A DNA stretch of 64,000 bases from a virus. Its lineage: Duplodnaviria > Caudoviricetes. The stretch spans positions 1 to 64,000 of the IMG/VR virus record IMGVR_UViG_3300030376_007323; one strand, given 5' to 3'. The notes beneath the pieces were generated by a model. That model did not search any database. It saw only the letters and a list, made by a program, of their open reading frames with translations, and was not told the DNA's origin. The position numbers and the translations under genes were made by a program. Below are positions 19,107-28,798 of the stretch, piece after piece (the first letter of the stretch is position 1; every line of letters starts with the position of its first letter).

Positions 19107-19757
19107 TTATTCGTATTTTCCACCAACATTCGACCCCATAGTGAATATTTTACCTACTGGTTTGTCCATTTTCATTCCTGGACCTAGTATTGACGTGATG
19201 GGAGACTTGTAGAACCCTCTTCTTATAATCTCTTCTATTTCTTTTTTTACTAATTCTTTAATGTACTTCTTATCTTTACCTGTTTTTTTTGCAACTTCAT
19301 TAATTGCATGTTTTATTTTTTTATTTTCTGTTAACTCCAACGCATTGATGTCTCCTTGGTTGCAGTATGGAAATTTCATACATTTCTTTTTTACTTTCAC
19401 AAACTTACCACCTGGCCAAGTTGTTTTACTTTTACCCCTCCAATTTTTACTGTCTTTGGCTAAAAAGAATGGTGTAGCGTATTGTCCAGAACTAGCTGCA
19501 GTAGTAGCTTCTTCCATTTCTTTTTCTACCATCTTCTTTTTCTTTCTAAACCTAGGGTCATAACCTAAAGGTGCAACAAAAGCTCCTGAACTTGCAGCGG
19601 TAGTAGCTTCCTCCATTTCTTTTTCAGATTTCTTTTTTTTCATTTTTTTTTCTTCTAAGTTTAAGTCAGCTTTTTTTAACATTTTCTGATACATAGTTTT
19701 ATTAGGTCCTTCTATAGCACTTTTTAATGTTTTGTTAAAATTATCTTTTATACTCAT
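19107..19757 (-). CDS. Basic hypothetical protein with duplicated EKEMEEATTAASSG motif
   Basis: Repeat visible in protein and DNA. Confidence 0.7.
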   Translation of the reverse strand: MSIKDNFNKTLKSAIEGPNKTMYQKMLKKADLNLEEKKMKKKKSEKEMEEATTAASSGAFVAPLGYDPRFRKKKKMVEKEMEEATTAASSGQYATPFFLAKDSKNWRGKSKTTWPGGKFVKVKKKCMKFPYCNQGDINALELTENKKIKHAINEVAKKTGKDKKYIKELVKKEIEEIIRRGFYKSPITSILGPGMKMDKPVGKIFTMGSNVGGKYE

Positions 19758-19999
19758 TATCTCACCCTTTTAATTTCTGATTGCCACATACTACGTCTAA
19801 ACCAAAATGTTTTGTACAGTTCTAACATAACTTTACTTACAATATCTACAATTTCTGACCTAGTATTTCTCCCTTTCTTAATTTCATTTGCAACCACTTT
19901 TTGTACCTCATTTTTAAATTGGGGTTTAGACATGAAATCTTTCATCTCTTTTCTCGCGATTCTTGCAATTTCGTCTTTATCTGTTTTTGTTAATGCCAT
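19757..19999 (-). CDS. Hypothetical protein
   Basis: ORF; GTATTTATA upstream. Confidence 0.7.
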   Translation of the reverse strand: MALTKTDKDEIARIARKEMKDFMSKPQFKNEVQKVVANEIKKGRNTRSEIVDIVSKVMLELYKTFWFRRSMWQSEIKRVR

Positions 20000-20011
20000 T
20001 ACTTATAAATA

Positions 20012-20386
20012 CTACTTAACGTTAGATACGACCCAAGAAGCCGTAACAATTGTTGCTGCACCTAAAAAGAAGTGAACTACAGGTTTATTGTACCACTTAG
20101 GCCTCAATTCTTTTGTCAAATCTATATACAAATCTATTCTTTGGTTTAATAGGTCTGTCTTTTCATTCATAAAAGCTATATGTAGACTATCTTGAGTATG
20201 TAGTGTTCTATAATTTGTTATCTGGGCCCTAAGTAAATTAATCTCTAATTTTTGTAAACTGTCGGTGTGTTCGTATACTTGAAATAATGAGTCCATTTCA
20301 ACCACCTCTTTTTCAGTAAAAGTGTGTGTTTGAGATATCGCCCATACTGGGGTAAGCAATAATAATATTAATATTAGTTTTTTCAT
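20012..20386 (-). CDS. Exported coiled-coil protein with C-terminal TM helix (spanin-like candidate; start revised to 20386)
   Basis: MKKLILILLLLTPVWAIS|Q signal peptide; C-terminal hydrophobic helix. Confidence 0.6.
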   Translation of the reverse strand: MKKLILILLLLTPVWAISQTHTFTEKEVVEMDSLFQVYEHTDSLQKLEINLLRAQITNYRTLHTQDSLHIAFMNEKTDLLNQRIDLYIDLTKELRPKWYNKPVVHFFLGAATIVTASWVVSNVK

Positions 20387-20387
20387 T

Positions 20388-20741
20388 TTATCCACGTGAG
20401 AATTTAAAATCTTGTGGATTTGCTGACAAGTCCAAGAAGAGTTCTTCAAAGCCCCCTAGTAATGTATATGCTCTGTCATAGGGTCCTAAATTAATAGGGG
20501 TCATCCCGTCTTCCCATTTTAAAAGTACATCACATTTACCATCTGTTCTTTGTCTCATCTTTACATAGAATTGTGTTCCTTGTATCCTATTCTCCCTCAT
20601 AAACCAACCACTACTAGTCTCCTTATATCCATCAGGTCCGTCACAGTAACCCCCGCTACTCTCCTCTTTAATAACCTTAATGTTGTGTAGTCCTCTAATT
20701 CGGGTTTTCTCCGATTCGTTAATGTTAAATCTATTTTCCAT
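20388..20741 (-). CDS. Hypothetical protein with leader MENRFNINESEKTRIRGLH...IKE
   Basis: ORF. Confidence 0.65.
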   Translation of the reverse strand: MENRFNINESEKTRIRGLHNIKVIKEESSGGYCDGPDGYKETSSGWFMRENRIQGTQFYVKMRQRTDGKCDVLLKWEDGMTPINLGPYDRAYTLLGGFEELFLDLSANPQDFKFSRG

Positions 20742-20743
20742 AA

Positions 20744-21061
20744 TTAATTACTTTTTTTAAGTCTATCTTTTAATGCCTTTGCTGACTGTTTACCTGTTCT
20801 CTTTTTTACTTTAGGTTTTTTTGTTTTAAGTTCTTTTAATTCCTTATCTGTATCAGCAATTTTTTTCTTCGTAACTTTCTTTTTCTTTTTTACGTTTTCT
20901 ATTTTCTTATCAACTTCTTTTGTTTTCTTTTTGTTAGATTTAATATTCTTTTTAATCTTTTTAACTTTTTTACTACTGTGTGTGTTCATCATCCATACTA
21001 GACCTATAAAGAACCCTATAACACCTAATACCCATTTCCATGATTTTCTTAAAAATTCCAT
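20744..21061 (-). CDS. N-terminal TM + Lys-rich coiled-coil protein (i-spanin-like candidate; start revised to 21061)
   Basis: MEFLRKSWKWVLGVIGFFIGLVWMM then coiled coil. Confidence 0.55.
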   Translation of the reverse strand: MEFLRKSWKWVLGVIGFFIGLVWMMNTHSSKKVKKIKKNIKSNKKKTKEVDKKIENVKKKKKVTKKKIADTDKELKELKTKKPKVKKRTGKQSAKALKDRLKKSN

Positions 21062-21062
21062 A

Positions 21063-21596
21063 TTATTCGTTTTCTTCTTCCATTGTGTTAGTGGACTTCC
21101 TATCTGCAAGTACTTTTGCCCATTTAGTTGAGAATATTTGATAGTAGCTTTTAAGATTCTTGAGTGTGTCTAAAGCTTCGTCGTCTAGCTTTATCATACT
21201 ACCAGTAATGTAGACACCGTTTCTTTCACCTACACTGTAAAAAAATTCAGTATCAAATTTTACTAAATTTCCTGACCACTCAACATTATTTTCATAAATA
21301 TTTAAACTACCGTAATCTACTAGGTCGGAAACTTGTTCTACAAAATCATCCATTGTTTCTTGATAGGTGTTCTTTTCTTCGTCAGTTAGTGTTATATCTG
21401 AGACGGTGTAACCATGTACTACAATTTTACCACTAGAAACGTCATACTCTTTTGTCTTCTCTTTTTCTCTTTCTAATTCAACATCCATTTCTACCTGTTC
21501 AAATAACTTTCGTGATTTGTTAAGTAATGATTTCATTTCATCATATTGTTGATTATTGTAATCTACATAATTTTTTATTTTATTTATTTTTTTCAT
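21063..21596 (-). CDS. Hypothetical protein
   Basis: 177-aa ORF. Confidence 0.7.
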   Translation of the reverse strand: MKKINKIKNYVDYNNQQYDEMKSLLNKSRKLFEQVEMDVELEREKEKTKEYDVSSGKIVVHGYTVSDITLTDEEKNTYQETMDDFVEQVSDLVDYGSLNIYENNVEWSGNLVKFDTEFFYSVGERNGVYITGSMIKLDDEALDTLKNLKSYYQIFSTKWAKVLADRKSTNTMEEENE

Positions 21597-22156
21597 AGTA
21601 TTTCAAAATTAAATGAGGGGTTTAAATCTGTCCAATATTCATTATAGTTACTCCTACAAACGATACCTTTAAAATTTTCTACTCCGTCAACTAACACATT
21701 ATGTCCCAAGACATGGTTTGGTATTTTATTTTGTTTACAGATTTTATCTAATAACTCAATAGTAGATGATAATTGTATCTCTGTATAATTATCCCAGAAT
21801 AACTTACCTCTCCATTTTTTCTCATGGACTTTATTATTATAAATATTACCTAACCAGTCAATAAACTTACCATCTTCTTTTCTTCTTTTTAACCAACCTA
21901 TATTTTCTAAAGCTACCACTACCACCCCGGATGAAGAATATCCCGATAAATACTCTTGGGTTATATCCTCTTTATTAAGGTGGTGAATTTTACCGCTCTT
22001 TTCAATAAAGTAATTAGGTTTTCTTCTATTTTTACCATTATTTCTTAGTGATAGTCCTGTTAAAAAGTCTTTTGCTGGTCTTTGGCTATTACATAGTAAT
22101 ATTTGTTTACTTTCTTCCCTTGTATTTAAGTTTTGTTTTTTCATCTTTGTTCTCAT
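21593..22156 (-). CDS. N-acetylmuramoyl-L-alanine amidase-like (Amidase_2 fold), degenerate Zn ligands
   Basis: PNYFIEKSGKI, VALEN.GWL, YTEIQLSS..ELL, GIVCRSN, TDLNPSF. Confidence 0.7.
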   Translation of the reverse strand: MRTKMKKQNLNTREESKQILLCNSQRPAKDFLTGLSLRNNGKNRRKPNYFIEKSGKIHHLNKEDITQEYLSGYSSSGVVVVALENIGWLKRRKEDGKFIDWLGNIYNNKVHEKKWRGKLFWDNYTEIQLSSTIELLDKICKQNKIPNHVLGHNVLVDGVENFKGIVCRSNYNEYWTDLNPSFNFEIL

Positions 22157-23537
22157 CTACAGTTTTAGTTATCAATGTCTGAGTGGTATCTGTTAACCTT
22201 TCTAAAGGAACATTGTCATCATCATACTTAATATTAAGAACTTTAGATAATTTCTCAAGGTCTTTTTTGGTTGGGTTTATTGGTTCTACTTTTTCTGGTT
22301 CTTCGACCTTTCCTATTTCTTTACTTAATTCTATGATTTCTTTTTCTGTTAAATTATCAGTTGTTGTTACCACATTTTTTGGTGATGGTAACGGTGACAT
22401 TCCATTTTTTAAATCCTTAAATAACGGGGTTACTTTATCACCCACATTCTCATAATGTAGACCATCATTTCCATTTTGTCCTATAATGTTCATTCTATTT
22501 TCATCTATATCTAGATTATCTCTTGTATAATTAATATATGATTCTAGGTCTTGGAAGTATTCATCGGTTATTTTCTCTTGTTCTAACACATCTTCATCAT
22601 AGTTAAGTTTTTCCTTTTTATCTTGTCTAGCGAAAGCCTCTGACACCTCCTCCATAGTATATGGTGTGTCAAATTCTAAACCTTCTGGTTTCGACATTTT
22701 GACTTCTTTAGGGTCTATATTCTCTTCATCATCTCGTCTTTTTATTTGACCAAACGCAAAATTCGCTGCTACCACCAGTGCTATAGCAAGTGGGTCAAAA
22801 ACAAATATAATAAGTAATAAAAACCAATTTACTACCTGGTTCATAGGTTTTCCTGTCACTTCTGCTAGATATTTTAATGGTCCTAATTCACTCTCTGCTT
22901 CATTAGATGTTTCTTTATTTAATAATGCAATATCTGTTTTATTAATTGAGTCTAACACTGCTTCAATTTTTATATTAACAGCATCTCTATCTGCAATTGT
23001 ATTTTTTAATTCAGTCTGGAGTGCTCTTCGTGTAGAACTAGATGTTGTTGTAATTACTTGTTCAGCTTCTTTATCATAATATGATACTGAGCCAGGATTT
23101 GATAACGACACCCTTAATTCAGATATTGATTTATTAAGTTGTGTTTTTTCAATATTCAAATCGTCTTTCGTCTCTTGGAATCTTATATTTTTTTGATTTA
23201 GTATTACTAATGATTTATCTAGTAATTCAGATTGGTTGGCAGTTGATTGATATGCTCCTGATAGAAATCCGTATATACCCCCACTAGTAATAACCATTAA
23301 TACTAATGTTGCTATTGCTAGGTAAGTCCTTAATACTTTATTAATGGTATCCCAGTATTGATACAGTAGTGATGCAACAACGAGTTTTGCAAATTCTAGG
23401 GACCCCGCCATTATAATTACTTGTAAACTTGCACCCGCAAATAATTTACTTAACCCAAACACAGAATAGAAAGCAGCACTCCCAGAAACTGCGAGTGCTG
23501 ATAAAGCTATTAATAGTGGAAATAATCTTTTTTTCAT
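22107..23537 (-). CDS. Multi-TM coiled-coil membrane protein
   Basis: SAAFYSVFGL, SLEFAKLV, ITSGGIYGFLS, ELGPLKYL, IIFVFDPLAI. Confidence 0.75.
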   Translation of the reverse strand: MKKRLFPLLIALSALAVSGSAAFYSVFGLSKLFAGASLQVIIMAGSLEFAKLVVASLLYQYWDTINKVLRTYLAIATLVLMVITSGGIYGFLSGAYQSTANQSELLDKSLVILNQKNIRFQETKDDLNIEKTQLNKSISELRVSLSNPGSVSYYDKEAEQVITTTSSSTRRALQTELKNTIADRDAVNIKIEAVLDSINKTDIALLNKETSNEAESELGPLKYLAEVTGKPMNQVVNWFLLLIIFVFDPLAIALVVAANFAFGQIKRRDDEENIDPKEVKMSKPEGLEFDTPYTMEEVSEAFARQDKKEKLNYDEDVLEQEKITDEYFQDLESYINYTRDNLDIDENRMNIIGQNGNDGLHYENVGDKVTPLFKDLKNGMSPLPSPKNVVTTTDNLTEKEIIELSKEIGKVEEPEKVEPINPTKKDLEKLSKVLNIKYDDDNVPLERLTDTTQTLITKTVDENKDEKTKLKYKGRK

Positions 23538-23558
23538 TTATCCTTTTATTGATAAATA

Positions 23559-24356
23559 TTAATCCGTTAGGTATTCTAACAACTGGTAGCTATCATTTCT
23601 TAACTTTCGTAGAGCTTTTTCTTTTATCTGTCTAACTCTTTCCTTCGTTAACCCTAGTCCATCACCTATTTCTTGTAAAGTCATGGGTGTTTCTAGTAAC
23701 CCATAGTAATCTTTTATAATATTCTTTTCTCTTTCATCTAATCCGGACATTAATTTAAATAACTCTGTTTTAAGATTAAATTCATCTTTAAAAATATCTT
23801 CTGGGTTTTCTGCGTCTCTATTTTCAATCAAGTCAATTAATGTATCACCCTCTTCATTTATAGGTCTATCATAATTAATAGTAGATGGTAGTAACGCTAG
23901 TTTTGTATTTATATTCTCAATTTCATTACTCACTTTTTTCTTTTCTCTTTGTATTTCTTGGATTATATTTACCGGTAGACGAATAGTTCGAGCATTTTCA
24001 TTTAAACATTGTAAGATAGATTGTCTAACCCACCATACAGCGTAAGAGATAAATCTGAACCCTTTATTCCAGTCAAAGTTATTTATCGCTTTTAGTAAGC
24101 CTAGGTTACCTTCTGCTATTAAGTCACTTAACTCAATACCTTGATTTTGGTAGTCTTTAGCAACACTTATAACGAATCTAAGGTTACCCTCCAATAGTTC
24201 TAGATGTATTTTTTCTCTTTCTGTCTGGGTTGTTTTTGGGTTAAGCATTTTTTTAGCTAGTTCTTTTTCCCTATCTGGTGTTAGTACTTTTCTCTTCCTA
24301 ACATCTTTTAAGTAATAAGAAATTTCTGATTGATTTATGAATGTGTTTTTTGCCAT
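23559..24356 (-). CDS. RNA polymerase sigma-70 factor, RpoD/SigA family (Bacteroidota type, no region 1.1)
   Basis: NLRFVISVAK, DLIAEGNLGL, RFISYAVWWVRQSI, RTIRLP, TLQEIG..GLTKERVRQI. Confidence 0.95.
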   Translation of the reverse strand: MAKNTFINQSEISYYLKDVRKRKVLTPDREKELAKKMLNPKTTQTEREKIHLELLEGNLRFVISVAKDYQNQGIELSDLIAEGNLGLLKAINNFDWNKGFRFISYAVWWVRQSILQCLNENARTIRLPVNIIQEIQREKKKVSNEIENINTKLALLPSTINYDRPINEEGDTLIDLIENRDAENPEDIFKDEFNLKTELFKLMSGLDEREKNIIKDYYGLLETPMTLQEIGDGLGLTKERVRQIKEKALRKLRNDSYQLLEYLTD

Positions 24357-24382
24357 TTATTTATTGTTTTATATATTAATAC

Positions 24383-24425
24383 TACAATTAGTGTACCATA
24401 CTATAATAACTGACTTTTTGTCAGT
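24383..24425 (-). promoter_or_regulatory. Sigma54-like -24/-12 element (TGGTAC-N5-TTGT) with adjacent inverted repeat ACTGAC-N5-GTCAGT
   Basis: GG-N10-GT at 24383-24398; palindrome at 24409-24425. Confidence 0.5.
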
Positions 24426-24442
24426 ATATTATATTTAGAACA

Positions 24443-24474
24443 CAAAATTAATAAATAAATTTGAATTACCCAAA
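24443..24474 (-). promoter_or_regulatory. Bacteroidota sigmaA-type promoter TTTG-N20-TAATTTTG upstream of the sigma gene
   Basis: Exact consensus match in an intergenic region. Confidence 0.75.
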
Positions 24475-24484
24475 TAATTTATAG

Positions 24485-24835
24485 TTAAATTAAATAAGGT
24501 TTTAAGACATTTAGTGTGTCTTCTGGGCCATCCATTGCTTGACCTAAGGGTGCTTCTGTTTTATCTTTGACAGTTGGTATGTGTGTTGTTTCACCTTTAT
24601 CGTCTTCTATAATTAGAACTGGAGTATACCACGATAGATGATGTTCTCTTTCTGCATCGATATAGTCCCATCTAGTATTACCGTTTTGTTTTTTTTGTTC
24701 TTCTGTAGATACTGATATACATCTATCCATGAATGGTATATTCTTTTCTTTTAATATTTTTTTTGTTTCTAGACAATCTTCACACGAATCTTCAGTAAAG
24801 ATAGATAATTTATACTTTTTAGTGTCTAATTTCAT
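24485..24835 (-). CDS. Glutaredoxin/thioredoxin-fold protein
   Basis: IFTEDSCEDC..TKKIL; YTPVLII cis-Pro motif. Confidence 0.75.
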   Translation of the reverse strand: MKLDTKKYKLSIFTEDSCEDCLETKKILKEKNIPFMDRCISVSTEEQKKQNGNTRWDYIDAEREHHLSWYTPVLIIEDDKGETTHIPTVKDKTEAPLGQAMDGPEDTLNVLKPYLI

Positions 24836-24843
24836 CTTTTAAG

Positions 24844-25401
24844 TTATTTTTTATAGTTATTTAAAAATTCTAATTCTTCTTTGGTTAGGCTTTCTAGTCC
24901 CTCATCTATTATCTTATCCAATAAAATATCAATATTTAAAGGTCTTAGATTTTTTATAATTTTATTAATTCTTACTGGTTTGTCAAGGTCTGTTATAAGA
25001 TTTTTAAATTTACTATCTATTATATGTTTTAATTGTTCGGATAATACCTTTGCTACTTCAGGACTTATTTGTTTAGTATTTTTTTGTATGTTCCTCCCAA
25101 AAAGATGTTCTTTTAATTTATCATCTAACCTAAAGCCTAACTTTCTAGGTTTTGGCATTAAGAAATAAGTACTCACCTCCTCTACTAAAAATTCTTTCAG
25201 GATATCATCTATCTCCTCAAAACTCATTCTAGATTTTACTTGCATAATTATAACCCTATCACCAGTGACAAAACTAAACTCGTGATGACTTACTATAGTA
25301 TCCATCACATCTTTTATGTTCATCATTATTTTAGAATTTTTTTCAACGGTCCCCCATTGTCCAAACATAAATAAAAGGTATTTTTTAACTCTATCCTGCA
25401 T
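24844..25401 (-). CDS. Hypothetical protein with C-terminal DUF6576-like motif
   Basis: IDILLDKIIDEGLESLTKEELEFL. Confidence 0.65.
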   Translation of the reverse strand: MQDRVKKYLLFMFGQWGTVEKNSKIMMNIKDVMDTIVSHHEFSFVTGDRVIIMQVKSRMSFEEIDDILKEFLVEEVSTYFLMPKPRKLGFRLDDKLKEHLFGRNIQKNTKQISPEVAKVLSEQLKHIIDSKFKNLITDLDKPVRINKIIKNLRPLNIDILLDKIIDEGLESLTKEELEFLNNYKK

Positions 25402-25413
25402 ATCTATAAATAT

Positions 25414-27741
25414 TTAATTTAGCTTAGAAATATTCTTTTCTTTATTAATTGTTATGGTATTATCCGCCCACTCCCTCACTAAAGGATTGTGGGTTATTAA
25501 AAATACATTTTCAAAGTACTCTTTAACCCTACTAAAAAATATACCTACTTGTTCTAAATTTTCATTACTTACTTTACCTAAAACTTCATCAAATACTGTT
25601 ACGTTGGGTCGGGGTAGACAAGATACTTTGGTTAATACAGTTCTAATAGCTAAAGAGGCTAGCGTTTTCTCAAACCCACTACCACTAGATACTAATTTTT
25701 CAATATCTGTATTATTATCTACCATCCAGAACTCTACTTCGTTTTTATCATTAACTCTTATTTCCACCATAAAATTAGTAACATCTGATAATAACCTCAT
25801 TAATTCATTATTAAGTTTTGGGACCACACTTTTCACAATAGTTTTAATTATACCATTTTTACCATATACAGTCAGGTAAGCTCTGAAAATTTTATCTACG
25901 TCACTTTCCTTATTAATTTTACCAATTTTAGTTTCTCTATCCTTTATATTACTTTCACCATTTTTTATGGTATTTTTATTATATTCTATTTCTCTAACTA
26001 AAGTATCTTTAGTATTATTTAATATATCTAAAGTAGAATTTAAAGTTAGTAATTTTTTGTCTATTTTAGTGTTGTTTTCTAATTTTTCTTTGTTATCCAC
26101 CCACTTTTCTAATTTTCTATTTAACTCTTTTATATCTAGATTTTTCTTATCTACCTCTAACATCAACCTTTCTTTCTTGAGTATTTCTTTTTCGTATTCA
26201 TCAAAAATAGTCTTTTTTGTTGTTAGACTCTCCACCTCATTTTGTAAATTTTGTAATATTTTATCTTCACTTTCTATAGTAGTTATTAAAACTTTTATCT
26301 CTTTTTCTAAGTTTTTTATTTCGTTAGTGTGGTCTACATCTTTAAGTGTTTGTTTACATGTAGGACATATTTCTGACTCTACTAAATTTTTTAAACTATT
26401 TTTTTTATTTTTTAAGTTAGTGTTATGTTTTATTTTTGTATGTAGAGTTTTATCTCTTTCTTTAATCTTTTCACCTAAACTTTCTAAATTAATTTCTTCT
26501 GGTATTTCTTTATCCCCGTACGCTTTCAATTTAACCCTTAAAGATTCTAATATTAAACCTTCTTCATCTATTTTTTCTTCTACTAGTCTTGGGTTAACGT
26601 TCACTATTTCGGTGTCTATGTCTATTATTTTTTGACTTATTAAATTATCTCTTTCTTCATTATTACTTTTTATTGTATTTAATGTTTTCTGGAGATTTTT
26701 TTCATTCTCTTTATTAGTTAGATTTAATTCTTCTTTTTCTTTATTTATATTTTTAATCTCTTGTTTTAAATCTTCAATGTTATAGACATTAGATATTAAT
26801 TTTTTTGACCAGTCCGAATACATTTTTTTACATGTTACTTCCTTATCCTTTAGTATCTCTAACCCTATAAATCTACTTAATACATTCCCCCTTTCAGTAG
26901 GTTTGGACTCTATTAGTGATTCTAGGTTACCTGCTGTGGATAATACAGTGAGTAAAAAGTCATTCATTGTACCTATGGACTCTTTTATAAATTTTTCTGT
27001 TTCTCTTCGTTGTTCCCCTGTAAAGTTTTGTACCGAACCGTCTTTTTTTCTTTCTAGAAATTCTAGACTTGTGCTAACAGACCACTCACCTCTTTTAGTT
27101 TTTCTTCTTTTTATTTTACGTAATATAATATAATCACTACCATCTATTTCAACTTCTCCTTGTACAAAAACTTCATTAACTTTCCTAAATCTATTAAAAA
27201 TATCTATAGCCTTACTTGTTTTAGTAGTAGTATTAAAAAATAAAAAGAGTATTAGGTCTACAGCTAGTACGGATTTCCCACCGAAGTTAGGGGGGTTAGA
27301 ATCAATCACAGTTATCCCACCTAAATCTTTAAAATCTAAAGTATTGTTATCTCCGAATGATAAAAAATTAGAAAATTTTATATTTTTAATATACACTCTT
27401 TTGTATTTAGTGTCTACATCAGCTTCTTCACTAATTTTAATATTAACCTTATCATCCAATCTTTTTAAAAGGTCTATATCTATTTTCATATCATTAGCCA
27501 TAACAAATTGTGACATCAAACTTCTTTGGTAATTAGTGTCCATTACATTTTGTTCTAAATCTATATCTAACTCATCTCCGGATGTTTTATCAATAGCTTT
27601 AGTAAGTACGGTTACGTTCTTAGATTTATACTTATTTTGAAAGTAGCTTCTTACTCTCTTAATCTTTTCTTGGGTAAAGTTTTCTGGTATGTCTTCCCAT
27701 GTTACTTTAATAAAAGGATTCTCTAATGTGTCTATATTCAT
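25414..27741 (-). CDS. SbcC/Rad50/gp46-like recombination ATPase
   Basis: KFSNFLSFG, Walker A NFGGKS, CPTC zinc hook, SGSGFE signature, VFDE Walker B, ITH. Confidence 0.92.
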   Translation of the reverse strand: MNIDTLENPFIKVTWEDIPENFTQEKIKRVRSYFQNKYKSKNVTVLTKAIDKTSGDELDIDLEQNVMDTNYQRSLMSQFVMANDMKIDIDLLKRLDDKVNIKISEEADVDTKYKRVYIKNIKFSNFLSFGDNNTLDFKDLGGITVIDSNPPNFGGKSVLAVDLILFLFFNTTTKTSKAIDIFNRFRKVNEVFVQGEVEIDGSDYIILRKIKRRKTKRGEWSVSTSLEFLERKKDGSVQNFTGEQRRETEKFIKESIGTMNDFLLTVLSTAGNLESLIESKPTERGNVLSRFIGLEILKDKEVTCKKMYSDWSKKLISNVYNIEDLKQEIKNINKEKEELNLTNKENEKNLQKTLNTIKSNNEERDNLISQKIIDIDTEIVNVNPRLVEEKIDEEGLILESLRVKLKAYGDKEIPEEINLESLGEKIKERDKTLHTKIKHNTNLKNKKNSLKNLVESEICPTCKQTLKDVDHTNEIKNLEKEIKVLITTIESEDKILQNLQNEVESLTTKKTIFDEYEKEILKKERLMLEVDKKNLDIKELNRKLEKWVDNKEKLENNTKIDKKLLTLNSTLDILNNTKDTLVREIEYNKNTIKNGESNIKDRETKIGKINKESDVDKIFRAYLTVYGKNGIIKTIVKSVVPKLNNELMRLLSDVTNFMVEIRVNDKNEVEFWMVDNNTDIEKLVSSGSGFEKTLASLAIRTVLTKVSCLPRPNVTVFDEVLGKVSNENLEQVGIFFSRVKEYFENVFLITHNPLVREWADNTITINKEKNISKLN

Positions 27742-27772
27742 GTTTTAAATATAACACAATAAAGTATATTAA

Positions 27773-28798
27773 TCAATTATAGAAGTAGTCTCTAAAAACT
27801 TTTCCTTTATATTTTTCTAATTTAGAATATATTTCACCTCTTTTATCTAGTTGGATATCCTTAATTAATAAATCCATCTCTTCTTTGGTTTTGGGGGACA
27901 TCTCAAAAGCTAAATTTTTTGGTATGGAAGCTTTGTTGAATAGTTTAACTACGTTTATTTTATTACTCCAATATTCTAATGCCTGTATGTACCCTAAATT
28001 TAGTCCTATGTTTTTTGTGGTTTTTATCTTAGTAGACTTGTTCAATGTCATTATTAGTGATTTTAGTGTAAAGGGGATTTTAAGTTGGGAAATGCTAATA
28101 TTTATTTTTTCTTGAGGATAATTTTTAAACTCTTCTTTGTTTTTCATAAGTGAGAAGTCCATTTTAATTTTATCGTATTCTTTTGTTGTGATATTACTAT
28201 CGTATTTGGTTTGGAGTAATCGTGTTGACATCCCGTTAAAATGAAGGTATTCTATGGGTATTTCTTTTATATTTTTATTATGTTTTTTTAATATTTTTTG
28301 TGATAGTTCTAAATTTTCAAACCCCCAATAGTACTTTTCATCATAACCACCTATTTCTATAAACTTTTTTCTTTCCATTACTAATGGAACTTCTTTTAAA
28401 TAATAAAATCTCTTATCTTTACTAAAGTAATGCATTTCACTACCTGTAGCATAAACATCATCATCAAGAGGTTGGGTCATTAATCCAACCCAATTTTTTT
28501 CTATAATTTCACAATCATCATGAAATATAGCTATGTACTTATGAATAGATTGTTTTACACCATTATTAAGTGCTTTTGGTAAATGGTATGGTGTGGATTT
28601 GATAACACTTATGTTGGTGTGTTCTGATGATTCCCATTTCTTTTCAATGTCTTTATCACCACTGTTATCAACAATAATAATTTCAATATTCCAATCTTTT
28701 AGGTGTTTAGTTGTTTTGATGATACTTGGTAATGTTCTTTTTTTAACAAAAAAATCACAAAATGTGTTTATAATGATACATGATAGAGTTTTATCCAT
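27773..28798 (-). CDS. Glycosyltransferase family 2
   Basis: IIIVDNS, ALNNG, FHDD, GGYDE, GFEN. Confidence 0.85.
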   Translation of the reverse strand: MDKTLSCIIINTFCDFFVKKRTLPSIIKTTKHLKDWNIEIIIVDNSGDKDIEKKWESSEHTNISVIKSTPYHLPKALNNGVKQSIHKYIAIFHDDCEIIEKNWVGLMTQPLDDDVYATGSEMHYFSKDKRFYYLKEVPLVMERKKFIEIGGYDEKYYWGFENLELSQKILKKHNKNIKEIPIEYLHFNGMSTRLLQTKYDSNITTKEYDKIKMDFSLMKNKEEFKNYPQEKINISISQLKIPFTLKSLIMTLNKSTKIKTTKNIGLNLGYIQALEYWSNKINVVKLFNKASIPKNLAFEMSPKTKEEMDLLIKDIQLDKRGEIYSKLEKYKGKVFRDYFYN

